Shown: in pieces, positions 1 through 11,406 of the stretch | Layout of the letters: each line of letters begins with the position of its first letter | Position numbering within the stretch: position 1 is the stretch's first letter | Assembly (NCBI GenBank): GCA_036918135.1 | Contig: JBALDB010000018.1 | Coordinates: 32,001-96,000, forward strand | From: Nostoc sp. | Lineage (GTDB): Bacteria; Cyanobacteriota; Cyanobacteriia; Cyanobacteriales; Nostocaceae | Length of the DNA: 64,000 nt | Reading direction: 5' to 3' | Notes under the pieces: generated by a model | The model's input: only the letters and a program-made list of their open reading frames with translations | What the model was told of the DNA's origin: nothing | Databases searched by the model: none | Translations under genes and position numbers: made by a program

Positions 1-917
1 TTGCCAATGACAACAACTATCCTTTCTCAACAGGTCGTCCAGGGAACGATCCTCAAAATCCAGTTATAGACAACGACGAAATTCTGCTTTTGAAGTTGGA
101 GAAGCCGCTTAATCTTGCTCCTGGCTTAGGTCAACCTCAAGCTGAAGAAATTAATTTTGGCTCCCCTAACAGCGATACTATTACCGCTGAGCCAAATCAA
201 ACTTTATTTACAGGTGATGGAGCAGACTTTGTAGAAGGTACTACAGGTAACACAATCCAGACTGGGAATGGTGAAGATACGGTACTAGTTGGCAGCGATT
301 CTTCAGTGTCCACAGCAGACGGTGATGACAGTATCTTTGTCGGTCAAAATGGTGCTGCTAGTAACACAACTGCCGATAGTGGCAATGGTGATGACCAAGT
401 TACTGTAGTGGAAGCCAATGGTAGTAATAATCTATTTGGGGCAGCAGGTAATGATACTTTGACAGTAGTTGAAGGTACTGGTCAACTGTCCTTTGGTGGT
501 TCAGGTAAGGATACCCTTAAGAGTGAAGGTAGCAACAACCGTTTATATGGTGGTTCTGGAGATGACAAACTTTTCTCTAGTGTCAATGACTCGTTGTTTG
601 GTGGCGATGGTGATGATGTGCTATTTGCTGGTCAAGATGGCGGTAATCGCCTAACTGGTGGTGCTGGTGCTGACCAGTTTTGGGTTGCTAACGCCAGTCT
701 GCCAACTAGTAAGAACATTGTGACTGACTTTGCGATCGGTGTTGACAAAATTGGACTTGGTGGTATTGGTGTCACTCAATTTAGTGCCTTAACTCTATTG
801 CAACAAGGTAGTGATACTTTGGTGAAAATCGGAAATACACAGTTGGCTTCATTGGTTGGAGTTACATCAACTAGCCTTACAGCAAATGACTTTGTTTTTG
901 CTGCTAGTGTAGTTTAG
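1..917 (+). CDS. 5'-truncated protein: end of an esterase-like phytase domain plus RTX-like Ca-binding repeats
   Basis: Frame open from position 3 ([12 protein letters not shown]...[10 protein letters not shown], typical end of phytase-like esterase domain), then GGxGxD repeats; true start lies before the window. Confidence 0.75.
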   Translation, partial: ANDNNYPFSTGRPGNDPQNPVIDNDEILLLKLEKPLNLAPGLGQPQAEEINFGSPNSDTITAEPNQTLFTGDGADFVEGTTGNTIQTGNGEDTVLVGSDSSVSTADGDDSIFVGQNGAASNTTADSGNGDDQVTVVEANGSNNLFGAAGNDTLTVVEGTGQLSFGGSGKDTLKSEGSNNRLYGGSGDDKLFSSVNDSLFGGDGDDVLFAGQDGGNRLTGGAGADQFWVANASLPTSKNIVTDFAIGVDKIGLGGIGVTQFSALTLLQQGSDTLVKIGNTQLASLVGVTSTSLTANDFVFAASVV

Positions 918-1055
918 CTCGAAGTGATTACAGTTTAAATTCAACATTCAAAATTAATTAAGCTGTAATGATTTTGCGATTGTGAGGGAGTATTACTCCC
1001 TTGCTTTTTATATCTGTGAGAAATTGATTTACAAGATGTTTGTAAAGTCTAAAAT

Positions 1056-1085
1056 TTTAACTTGTTCATAACTTTCCTTAAACTT
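1056..1085 (+). promoter_or_regulatory. Putative Pho box (SphR/PhoB site)
   Basis: TTTAACTT / CATAACTT / TTAAACTT at 11-bp period, fitting PyTTAAPyPy(T/A), upstream of a phosphatase gene. Confidence 0.6.
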
Positions 1086-1317
1086 TGAACAACTATCTTT
1101 TGAAACACTGACCAGAGTTACATTCATTTAATTGTCTGCACTAAATTGTGTGGATAATAAGCATTTTTCACCAAATACTACTCAGGTTTTTGTAAACAAT
1201 AATTTTTGCTTGATTTAAGTGTAATTAATTACCTAGTCTTCAGACACAAAACTGCTGCGTAGGCGTAGCCAGCTGTAGGCATCGCTCGTAGCTTACAATA
1301 TTTAAGGAGTAGTCGGC

Positions 1318-3993
1318 ATGGCTGATACAAACGGCAACGGTAGAAATGTCATTATTTTTGTGGCGGATGGATTGCGTAATGGTTCTGTAAACCCGACTGA
1401 CGCCCCAACTTTATATAGCATCCGCCAGCAGGGAGTTAATTTTACTAACAGTCATTCGCTATTTCCGACATTTACCACTCCGAATGCTTCGGCGATCGCC
1501 ACAGGACATTATCTTGGAGATACAGGTGACTTTAGCAATACTGTCTACACTGGTTTTCCTGTTCCTAATGCTAACGGCAGTGTCACACCATTCATCGAAA
1601 ATGATGCAGTTCTCGGAGATATTGACGAAAAGTTTCCTGGAAACAACTTTCTTGATGAAGAGTCACTGCTATCCTATGCACGGGCGCAAGGCTTCAATAC
1701 CGCTGCAATTGGTAAGCTAGGGCCAGTTGCCATCCAAGATGTCACACAAGTAAACCGAGATAGCGGCACTGATAGCAATATTCCCACCCCAGATACTGTA
1801 ATTATCGACGATCGCACAGGTGCAGCAGCTAATCCGGTAACAGGTTCACCTCAAGCTGTACCACTCGATCCTGATATAGCAGCTCGTCTAGAAGCAGTTG
1901 GCCTACCCACTACAACTCCTGGTAGAGGGGCAAATGGTAATTCTGGCAATAACACAACTCCTGGAACTACAGTTGCCAATGTTGACCAGCAACAGTTCTT
2001 TATCGATGCCACTACCAAGGCAGTTCTCCCGAAGTTTCAGACAGAGGATAAACCATTCGTATTGGTTTACTGGTCAAGAGACCCTGACGGAACTCAACAC
2101 AATCAAGGTGATAGCTTAAACAGTTTGACACCGGGCATCAATGGTGATACTTCCAAAGCTGGAATCAAGAATGCTGACAATAACTTAAAGCAGCTTCTTG
2201 ATTACCTCAAAAGTACAGGTTTGGACAAAACTACAGATGTCTTTATTACTGCTGACCACGGTTTTTCCACCATCAGCAAACAAGTTACTGATAACCAAGG
2301 CACAACAACAAATAGTTATGCTGCAACTCAAACCTACGCTGGTGTCAATCCTGGATTTCTACCACCAGGTTTTGTTGCGATTGATTTGGCTCACGATTTA
2401 AATCTACCTTTATACGATCCTGATAAAAATACAGTCACTCCTTTAGACATCGATAACATTCAGTATGCTGCTGTTGATGCAACACAAGGTCAACGCCCGA
2501 CAGCTGGGAATGGTGTAATTGGCGGTAGCGGTCAGGTAATTGATGGCCACCTCGACTCAGCCACAAAGGTAGTTGTAGCTGCTAACGGTGGTTCGGATCT
2601 GATTTATTTGCCCAATGGTAATGCTGACCTAGCCAAACAGGTAGTGAATTTGCTTTCGCAAAAAGACTACATCAGTGGTATTTTCGTAGATGACGCCTAT
2701 GGAAACATTCCAGGTGCTTTACCACTAAGTGCGATCGGGCTAAAAGGTAATGCTCAAACACCCGTTCCAGCGATTGTAATCAACTTCAAAACCTTTAGTA
2801 CCGACCCAAATAACCCAAACAACCCTCAAGCTGAGGTAGAGATTGCTGACACAGGCTTACAACAAGGGCAAGGGATGCATGGCAGTTTTGGTCGGGGCGA
2901 TACCTTCAATAACATGGAGGCTATTGGCCCTGATTTCAAATCAGGTTATGTAGACTATGCACCTGTCAGTAATGCTGACGTAACACCCACACTCGCTAAG
3001 ATTTTGGGTTTGAATATTCCTAGTAATGGCGATTTGAAAGGTCGTGCCATCACAGAGGCATTAGTGGGAGGGCCTGATTCAGTCTCCTTCACCCAAGGAA
3101 CCTTGACTTCAGAAGAAGCTGCTAACGGTCAAACAACAATTCTCAACTATCAGAGTGTAGGTAATACTCAGTACTTTACAGCAGCAGGGTTTGCCGATCG
3201 CACTGTTGGACTATCAACATTAGATGTTGATTTTGGTACTACAAGTAGCGATGATGTCACCCTCAAGTCAAACCAAACCTTATTCACAGGCGACGGAGCA
3301 GACTTTGTAGAAGGTACTACAGGTAACACAATCCAGACTGGCAATGGTGATGACACTGTATTGGTAGGCAGTAACTCTTCAGTATCCGCAGGAGACGGAG
3401 ATGATAATGTCTTTATTGGTCAAAATGGTGCTGCTAGCAATACCAGCGCTGATGGTGGCAATGGTGATGACCAAATCACAGTAATCGAAGCCAATGGTAG
3501 TAATAACCTATTTGGAGGCGCAGGTGCTGATACTCTGACAGTAGTTGAAGGTTCGCGTCAATTATCCTTTGGTGGTTCAGGTAAGGATACCCTCAAGAGT
3601 GAAGGTAGCAATAACCGTTTGTATGGTGGTTCTGGAGATGACAAACTCTTCTCTGGTGTCAATGACTTGTTGTTTGGTGGCGATGGCGATGATGTGCTAT
3701 TTGCTGGTCAAGGAGGTGGTAATAGCCTCAGTGGCGGTACTGGTGCAGACCAGTTTTGGATAGCCAATGGCAGTTTACCAACTAGCAACAACACCATTTC
3801 TGACTTCAGCATCGGTGTTGACAAAATTGGACTTGGTGGTATTGGTGTCACTCAATTTAGTGCCTTAACTCTATTGCAACAAGGTAGTGACACTTTAGTG
3901 AAAATCGGAAATACACAGTTGGCTTCATTAGTTGGAATTACCTCAACTAGCCTTACAGCAAATGACTTTGTTTTTGCTGCTAGTGTGATTTAG
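1318..3993 (+). CDS. Alkaline phosphatase superfamily (nucleotide pyrophosphatase/phosphodiesterase) with C-terminal RTX-like repeats
   Basis: [33 protein letters not shown] motifs; GGxGxD repeats; AAGGAG RBS. Confidence 0.85.
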   Translation: MADTNGNGRNVIIFVADGLRNGSVNPTDAPTLYSIRQQGVNFTNSHSLFPTFTTPNASAIATGHYLGDTGDFSNTVYTGFPVPNANGSVTPFIENDAVLGDIDEKFPGNNFLDEESLLSYARAQGFNTAAIGKLGPVAIQDVTQVNRDSGTDSNIPTPDTVIIDDRTGAAANPVTGSPQAVPLDPDIAARLEAVGLPTTTPGRGANGNSGNNTTPGTTVANVDQQQFFIDATTKAVLPKFQTEDKPFVLVYWSRDPDGTQHNQGDSLNSLTPGINGDTSKAGIKNADNNLKQLLDYLKSTGLDKTTDVFITADHGFSTISKQVTDNQGTTTNSYAATQTYAGVNPGFLPPGFVAIDLAHDLNLPLYDPDKNTVTPLDIDNIQYAAVDATQGQRPTAGNGVIGGSGQVIDGHLDSATKVVVAANGGSDLIYLPNGNADLAKQVVNLLSQKDYISGIFVDDAYGNIPGALPLSAIGLKGNAQTPVPAIVINFKTFSTDPNNPNNPQAEVEIADTGLQQGQGMHGSFGRGDTFNNMEAIGPDFKSGYVDYAPVSNADVTPTLAKILGLNIPSNGDLKGRAITEALVGGPDSVSFTQGTLTSEEAANGQTTILNYQSVGNTQYFTAAGFADRTVGLSTLDVDFGTTSSDDVTLKSNQTLFTGDGADFVEGTTGNTIQTGNGDDTVLVGSNSSVSAGDGDDNVFIGQNGAASNTSADGGNGDDQITVIEANGSNNLFGGAGADTLTVVEGSRQLSFGGSGKDTLKSEGSNNRLYGGSGDDKLFSGVNDLLFGGDGDDVLFAGQGGGNSLSGGTGADQFWIANGSLPTSNNTISDFSIGVDKIGLGGIGVTQFSALTLLQQGSDTLVKIGNTQLASLVGITSTSLTANDFVFAASVI

Positions 3994-4274
3994 CCAAAAG
4001 ATGATTACAGCTTAAATTCAATATTCCAAATTAACTAATGCTGTAATGATTTTGCTTATACGAGGGAGTGATACTCCTTCGCTTTTTATATGAGCAACGT
4101 GAAACCCAACATGGATAAGGATGTTGGGTTTTCTAATTGTGGAGTGGGTGTCTCAGTTGTCTGGAACAAAAGACGGGTAAGATACCTACCCCACAAGATT
4201 AGATAATTTATTTGTTGGAAGTCCTTAATACTTACTCTCATAACCTACGCTAATCCGTATTTGTTCAAAAAATT

Positions 4275-4378
4275 TGTAGTATCTCCTTGACAATATGTAT
4301 TTTATATATTACAAATGTAGTATGAGAACAAAAGCTTTTCTAAAAGGCTAAGGCAAAACATCTCAGAACCTAGAAAAC
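4275..4378 (+). promoter_or_regulatory. Putative promoter/leader of the RNA array: TGTAGTAT repeats, TTGACA, boxB-like hairpin and boxA-like element
   Basis: TGTAGTAT 4275 and 4316; TTGACA 4287; hairpin AGCTTTT-CTA-AAAGGCT 4333-4349; GAACCTAGAAAAC 4366-4378. Confidence 0.5.
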
Positions 4379-4401
4379 CGAATAGCAAGTTACGACTTTT
4401 T

Positions 4402-4482
4402 GGGGTCGCGATTGGTGTTCGACTGCTCCGAAACCAACAAACGGACGGTAGCAGGATTCGGGTTCAATTCCCGACGACTCCA
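4402..4482 (+). ncRNA. Mini tmRNA-like RNA (tRNA-like domain only)
   Basis: GGGGTCG/CGACTCC-A acceptor with G3.U70; unpaired D-loop ending TTCGAC; helix CTGCT/AGCAG; T-arm TCGGG-TTCAATT-CCCGA; no tag ORF. Confidence 0.7.
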
Positions 4483-4499
4483 CTGACTTCTACTTGTTT

Positions 4500-4706
4500 G
4501 GGTCTGTAACTCTAATGGTAGAGCGCCCAGATTCACTTGTGCTCTGACAGAAAAAGCTTACATACTTGCTCAAAGGTAGAGCGATCGTCTCTAAAACGAT
4601 AAGTGCAGGTTCAATTCCTGCGGTGTAACCACAGCTTTTTCAACTCGCACGAAGTGTGAGTGCAACTCTCACAGGGAAGGTATCGGTTCAATTCCGATCA
4701 GATCCA
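4500..4706 (+). ncRNA. tRNA-like RNA whose anticodon arm is replaced by scaffold cassette 1
   Basis: Acceptor GGGTCTG/CAGATCC-A; D-arm ACTC-TAATGGTA-GAGC; T-arm ATCGG-TTCAATT-CCGAT. Confidence 0.7.
4534..4656 (+). ncRNA. Scaffold cassette 1 carrying a tRNA body with CUA anticodon
   Basis: GTGC..GAAAAAGC-TTACATA..GCTTTTTC-AACTC-GCAC; D-arm GCTC/GAGC; ATCGT-CTCTAAA-ACGAT; GCAGG-TTCAATT-CCTGC. Confidence 0.75.
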
Positions 4707-4732
4707 CTAAATAATTTGTAATTCGTAATTAA

Positions 4733-4948
<216 letters not shown>

Positions 4949-4961
4949 AATATTTAGTTAA

Positions 4962-5141
4962 CCATGCCCTAACAGAAGAAGCATACATACACATTCATAA
5001 CGATCCTAAGGTAGTAAAATTCGAGCGATCAAACTAGCGAAGTATGATTTATAAATTTTTTGCAGATTTAGCATACGTGCCCACTGCCAATAGTTGGTAA
5101 GAGCGATCGTAAGCTGTAAAAAGCTTCTTAAACTTGTACGG
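4962..5141 (+). ncRNA. Scaffold cassette 2 carrying a permuted 23S rRNA domain IV (H67-H71) mimic
   Basis: AAGAAGC/GCTTCTT stem; ATAACGATCCTAAGGTAGTAAAATTC vs 23S ATAACGGTCCTAAGGTAGCGAAATTC. Confidence 0.7.
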
Positions 5142-5156
5142 ATTAATTGAAGAATT

Positions 5157-5300
5157 AATTCCGCGCCCTGACTTGTAAAGCATACAAACATATATCCGGT
5201 AACGGAATACAGGTTCGATTCCTGTCGCTCCCTTTGATGGGAGCGTAGCCAAATTGGTAAAGGCAACTGTGAAAACTGCTTTGCTAACTTGTGCGGAATT
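5157..5300 (+). ncRNA. Scaffold cassette 3: circularly permuted tRNA (YrlA-like Y RNA architecture)
   Basis: T-arm ACAGG-TTCGATT-CCTGT; acceptor CGCTCCC-TTTGAT-GGGAGCG closed by a loop; D-arm GCC-AAATTGGTAAA-GGC. Confidence 0.8.
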
Positions 5301-5361
5301 TCAATTATTTAAAATAGTAGTGTTTAGAGCAAGCCTTAGTGATTTTTCAAAACTAAAACTT

Positions 5362-5491
<130 letters not shown>

Positions 5492-5649
5492 TATAAATAT
5501 TAGATTTGGCAAAATTTTGATTGAGTGGAGGAAACTTATGCTCAAAGCTTTTAAAGACAGATTTTAAATAAAAAATCTTAATTTTAAAGCTATTAACTGG
5601 AATTAAAAACAATACTATTTATTGCAATTTAATATGATTTGAGGCTGCT

Positions 5650-6030
5650 ATGTCTGTGAACACTCTAGAAATTTTAGAGCAAATCAAGTCTCTAAATGTC
5701 AATGAAACCGCTCAATTAGTAAAGCAGATTGAAGCAACTTTCAATGTCGATATATCCACACCTAAATTCCTTAAGATTGACAAGCGAGATGAGGATGAAA
5801 CTCAACCGCAGATTCAAACGGAATTTGATGTCTTGTTGGTATCGGTTCCAACAGAGAAAAAGATTGCCTTACTCAAGGTCATCCGGACGGTGACTGGACT
5901 GGGACTCAAAGAAGCAAAAGACTTTGTAGAATCCCTGCCTCAAGTAGTTCAAGCAGGACTGAATCAAGAAGCGGCTGAAATTCTTAAGCAGCAGCTAGAG
6001 GAAACAGGAGCAGTTGTTTCTCTGATGTAA
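5650..6030 (+). CDS. rplL: Divergent ribosomal protein L7/L12 paralog
   Basis: TEFDV..KKIALLKVIRTVTGLGLKEAKDFVE C-terminal domain; no rplJ/rplA/rplK adjacent. Confidence 0.85.
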   Translation: MSVNTLEILEQIKSLNVNETAQLVKQIEATFNVDISTPKFLKIDKRDEDETQPQIQTEFDVLLVSVPTEKKIALLKVIRTVTGLGLKEAKDFVESLPQVVQAGLNQEAAEILKQQLEETGAVVSLM

Positions 6031-6102
6031 CAGAATTAGTCAAACAGGGAGTGTTGACTGCTGAGTTACGAATTCTCACTATCTTCCCAATCCTTGGCAG
6101 TT

Positions 6103-6180
6103 GTTGCTGCGCCCCGATAGCAGAAGCTTACATAACTCTGCATAAGTTATACACGATGCTTCTACAACTTGCGTGGTGAC
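6103..6180 (+). ncRNA. Scaffold cassette 5 with a minimal anticodon-like hairpin
   Basis: GTTGCTGCGC/GCGTGGTGAC; AGAAGC-TTACATA..GCTTCT-ACAACTT; cargo ATAACT-CTGCATA-AGTTAT. Confidence 0.65.
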
Positions 6181-6223
6181 TGTATCGCCCCGCGTGCAAC
6201 ATCTGCCTCCTCATCCATCATAA

Positions 6224-7672
<1,449 letters not shown>

Positions 7673-7807
7673 AGTACATCAGGGTGCGTTATGGTTACTC
7701 ATCACGCATCCCGATCTTATTCCATCATATATCCTCACTTTTATTGATTTACAAAGTTATAGTAAATTCTGTAAATTTAACTTATTATTAACTAATTCAA
7801 TTTGTTA

Positions 7808-8914
7808 CTAAACACCAAATAGGTACTTAGCAATGCTTTTATTTTTCATCAGAATGAATACAGCTAACCAACTCATGATAAAAGTGGGTAGAGAAAATGC
7901 TAATTGAGAAATAAAAGTTACTTCATCTAATAACTGAGGTTGAGTTTTCTTCAGATAAATCTCCATAAAATTAATTCCAAATAGGTGTATCAAGTAAATT
8001 CCAAAAGAACATAATGCTAAATTTCTTATGACGCTGTTTGGTTTTAAGTAATTCGATAAAACAATACCGTATAATAAAAGAGAATATCCCAGAAAAACTT
8101 CCCGAAAACCAGTAAGTATTGGGTTACTATAAACGTCAGCAATAAGAAATAAACCTAATAACAAGTAAGCATATACGAGTTTCACACGCAACAATGAAAA
8201 GTTGGTTTTAAGAAGTAAATACCTTAAAGTCATTGCAATAAAAAAGTAAGGTAAACACCTCAATAACCATGCTACTTCTATAGATATAAACCTCAAAAAC
8301 TCATTTTTAGAAGGCTCGTAATTCACTAGATTAAATAAATTATTAAAAGCTATATCGTTATGTAAATCTACTGTATTTCCAGTAATTAAAAGCAGGTTGT
8401 AGAGGATGAGGCTCAACAGAGACAAACTAGCTAATATTTTAAGTCCAATTTTCGGTTTTGCGAAGTAATTTGCAAATATTATGAGCGAAGTACCTACTAG
8501 CAATAGCGGTAAATAGTATAATTGATATGATGCTTTTCCATAAAATATAATTAAAAAAGGATCTCCTAATAGATGATTTAATTCTTCTTTTTGATTTGAT
8601 GCTGAAAACATAATTATTTTGGCAATCAGATAAATAACTGTCCAAACTATATATGGTATTAGGAGACGCCGACATCTTGCTTTCCAATAAGTTAATGAAA
8701 AGTCAGCATTCGACTTACAAATCATGAAGTAGAAAGATGCAGCTAAGAAAAAGGGAACAGCAAAACTAAATAGATATTGTATCTCTTGGGAAAAGTAACT
8801 TGCACGATCCCGATTTGGATCGGCTGAATGTAGTAAGACAACTGCGTATGCCGCGATTCCTCGGCACAAATCAACACCCGATAGCCTTGGTTTTGCCTCT
8901 ATTTTTGACTGCAT
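7808..8914 (-). CDS. Acyltransferase family 3 membrane protein
   Basis: DLCRGIAAYAVVLLH, AVPFF, RRLLIPY, SFGIYLIH; very AT-rich. Confidence 0.85.
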   Translation of the reverse strand: MQSKIEAKPRLSGVDLCRGIAAYAVVLLHSADPNRDRASYFSQEIQYLFSFAVPFFLAASFYFMICKSNADFSLTYWKARCRRLLIPYIVWTVIYLIAKIIMFSASNQKEELNHLLGDPFLIIFYGKASYQLYYLPLLLVGTSLIIFANYFAKPKIGLKILASLSLLSLILYNLLLITGNTVDLHNDIAFNNLFNLVNYEPSKNEFLRFISIEVAWLLRCLPYFFIAMTLRYLLLKTNFSLLRVKLVYAYLLLGLFLIADVYSNPILTGFREVFLGYSLLLYGIVLSNYLKPNSVIRNLALCSFGIYLIHLFGINFMEIYLKKTQPQLLDEVTFISQLAFSLPTFIMSWLAVFILMKNKSIAKYLFGV

Positions 8915-8976
8915 TGTTAGTATTAAAGTAGATTTTTTGAAAAAATAAAGTATTCAAGTGGTTTTTTGTTTATAGA

Positions 8977-9119
8977 TAGGACTTATGCACTTTACACATT
9001 GACTATCATGTGGATGGTAGGCTCGTTAAGCTAAAAGTCTTGCCCTGCCTCGTTCCCAGATTCTGCCTTGTAACGATAGGTAAGCCACAGTTGTTATCTC
9101 TGTGAATGCATAAGTCCTA
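8977..9119. mobile_element. MITE-like element
   Basis: 13-bp terminal inverted repeats TAGGACTTATGCA/TGCATAAGTCCTA. Confidence 0.6.
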
Positions 9120-9240
9120 ATAAAGTTAACCAATTAATATTAGAAATACCATACCATATAAAACCCGATTTGATTTATGAAAACATCATGAGACTAAAAA
9201 GCCCGTTTTATCTAAAATCTTATTCAAAAATTAAATATGA

Positions 9241-9549
<309 letters not shown>

Positions 9550-9735
9550 TGAAATCATTCTGCGTATGCAGATAAAGGTTTTGATGCTCTGAGTAATTTA
9601 GCTTTTTTGTCTTTGTTGAAATAAGGCTGTAAATTAAAGGGTTTAAGATCCGCTTTGTAGGCATAACTAGCAGCCAAAATATTTACCGGAAAGTAACAAG
9701 TGTTAATTGTAGTATAATGTAGTATTAGAATCTCA

Positions 9736-9938
9736 TGCGTGCCCCAACTCGTGGAGCCTACATATTAGTACGAGAGGAAGGTAACACTGCCGAATGCAGT
9801 GGGCGTTAGTGAACGGGGAGTGCGAAGAACCTGGAAAGTGGGCTTAGAAGTAGCCATCTTTGAAAGAGTGTGTAACAACTCACCAGCGGAGTCCCTCTAG
9901 TAACTGAGAAAACGCAATGCTCCACCAACTTGCACGCA
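9736..9938 (+). ncRNA. Scaffold cassette 6 carrying 23S sarcin-ricin loop and H42-H44 GTPase-centre mimics
   Basis: TGCGTGC/GCACGCA; GTGGAGC/GCTCCAC; AGTACGAGAGGA 9767-9778; GGCTTAGAAGTAGCCATCTTTGAAAGAGTGTGTAACAACTCAC. Confidence 0.8.
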
Positions 9939-10030
9939 GAATTATACAGTAATCTTAAATTATTCGTTAGAACCAAGATACCCGACTTCTTTTGAAAAGT
10001 TGGGTATCTAAACCCTACTGAGCGATAAAA

Positions 10031-10423
10031 TTAAAGTTTACTTTCAGTCTTTGACTTTAATACCTGTATCGCTTTGAATCCTTCTATAGTCTGACCTAAA
10101 AATATCATGGGAATAATCAAGCCAAACGGTTTACCTGTTTGAATCGTATTGTAAATGCCAGTTAACGCATTTAGCGACATCAATCCTACTGCAATACCTA
10201 GTGCAATTTTTGATTTACGTTGTACAAAAAAACCTAGAACTAGATAGAGTAAACCAAAACCTAAAAACCCAATTCCTAATATTAGATAATCAGGCAATCG
10301 ATTACCAACGATAAAGAATATTATGCTTAGGAAAATACTCAAAATTCCAATTGCGTAAACTGCACGATAAGCAGATGCTAACTTTTTTCTGGACTCTGAC
10401 ATCTGTTGTATTTCGGTAGTCAT
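10031..10423 (-). CDS. Small membrane protein (about 4 TM), unknown function
   Basis: 130 aa hydrophobic ORF. Confidence 0.65.
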   Translation of the reverse strand: MTTEIQQMSESRKKLASAYRAVYAIGILSIFLSIIFFIVGNRLPDYLILGIGFLGFGLLYLVLGFFVQRKSKIALGIAVGLMSLNALTGIYNTIQTGKPFGLIIPMIFLGQTIEGFKAIQVLKSKTESKL

Positions 10424-10551
10424 GCTTTTTCTATTTTTTGGGTTTATTGAGAGTAAATAATGTAGAAGCTATAGAACTTAAAAGATATATTTTTTATATA
10501 CTTAAATTTATAAATTTGCTTATGTAATTTTGCTTAAAAAAACGATAATTT

Positions 10552-11382
10552 ATGACTGACATCCGTAAGCTAATCAACCAAATTGCTAGCGCAGAAGCAC
10601 AGTTGTGTAATACTCAATTTCTTGCGCCTTGTGTAAAAGGTGGACGAGTTCGCACACGAGTAGTAGGGATGGTCTATACCTTCACACCAAAGCCGAATAA
10701 ATTTGAAGGTTGGGGTATTTTTCAGCCGGTGGATGAGAAGATAGCAATGGTTGTGGAAGAGGCAGATTTACCTCAAATTGCCGAATACCTGCAACACTTT
10801 CCCCAAATACGGCTGCGGCTAGCATACCAACTGCGGGGACAAAGTTGGTTAGCATACCCCGTGAATGAAGCAGATATACGTCAACGGTTGCAGGTGGTTA
10901 AACCGATCGCCATTCATCTAGTAACTGAAAGTATTATTTTTGACCAAATCATCGCCCGTTGGAATGGACAGTCCTGCTGGTTTGAGGAAATCGATCATCG
11001 TACCGATCCGGCTATTGTTGAAACTCTGCAATCAGCTGTTAAGCAACTGATTCCCGTTGAAGAATTGCAATTTAAAGGCATAACGCCAGAAATTCGCACA
11101 GTCTATGAATTAGCAACACGGCAAATTGAAGGCTTTGGGCAACCCCAACAGGATGAAAAGCGATTGAGAAAGGCATTGCAGATGGGTGGCGGTGAATTAA
11201 AGCAGTTTCACGATCGCGGTGATTACTGGACAGTGGACTGGACAACTGCTGATGGTGTTCGCCACAGTAGTGCGATCGCCAAAACTGACTTGACTGTAAT
11301 CAGTTCTGGTATTTGCCTAAGTGGATACGATCGCAACTTTGACTTGCAATCGTTAGTTGGTGTAATGGAACAACAAGAGTAG
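10552..11382 (+). CDS. Hypothetical protein with possible E2-like C-terminal Cys motif
   Basis: 276 aa ORF 24 bp upstream of ThiF; SSGICLSG near C-terminus. Confidence 0.7.
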   Translation: MTDIRKLINQIASAEAQLCNTQFLAPCVKGGRVRTRVVGMVYTFTPKPNKFEGWGIFQPVDEKIAMVVEEADLPQIAEYLQHFPQIRLRLAYQLRGQSWLAYPVNEADIRQRLQVVKPIAIHLVTESIIFDQIIARWNGQSCWFEEIDHRTDPAIVETLQSAVKQLIPVEELQFKGITPEIRTVYELATRQIEGFGQPQQDEKRLRKALQMGGGELKQFHDRGDYWTVDWTTADGVRHSSAIAKTDLTVISSGICLSGYDRNFDLQSLVGVMEQQE

Positions 11383-11406
11383 TAAGTGTATTAATTACGA
11401 ATTATT

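Larger units (their letters stand above)
195..4090 (+). repeat. ~0.8 kb direct duplication of RTX-tail coding region and 3' UTR (about 195-1010 vs 3271-4090)
   Basis: Near-identical DNA at offset 3076, including stop codon and downstream hairpin. Confidence 0.9.

Noticed and set aside
4568..4626. Functional amber suppressor or pyrrolysine tRNA
   Set aside because: No 7-bp acceptor stem or free 3' end, and no pyl genes in the window
5072..5100. 16S 530-loop mimic (GTGCCAGCAGCCGCGGTAA)
   Set aside because: Weak match; better explained as the 23S H68-base segment
9767..9898. rRNA operon or 23S pseudogene
   Set aside because: Only short non-contiguous motifs in non-native order inside a scaffold; no 16S or 5S
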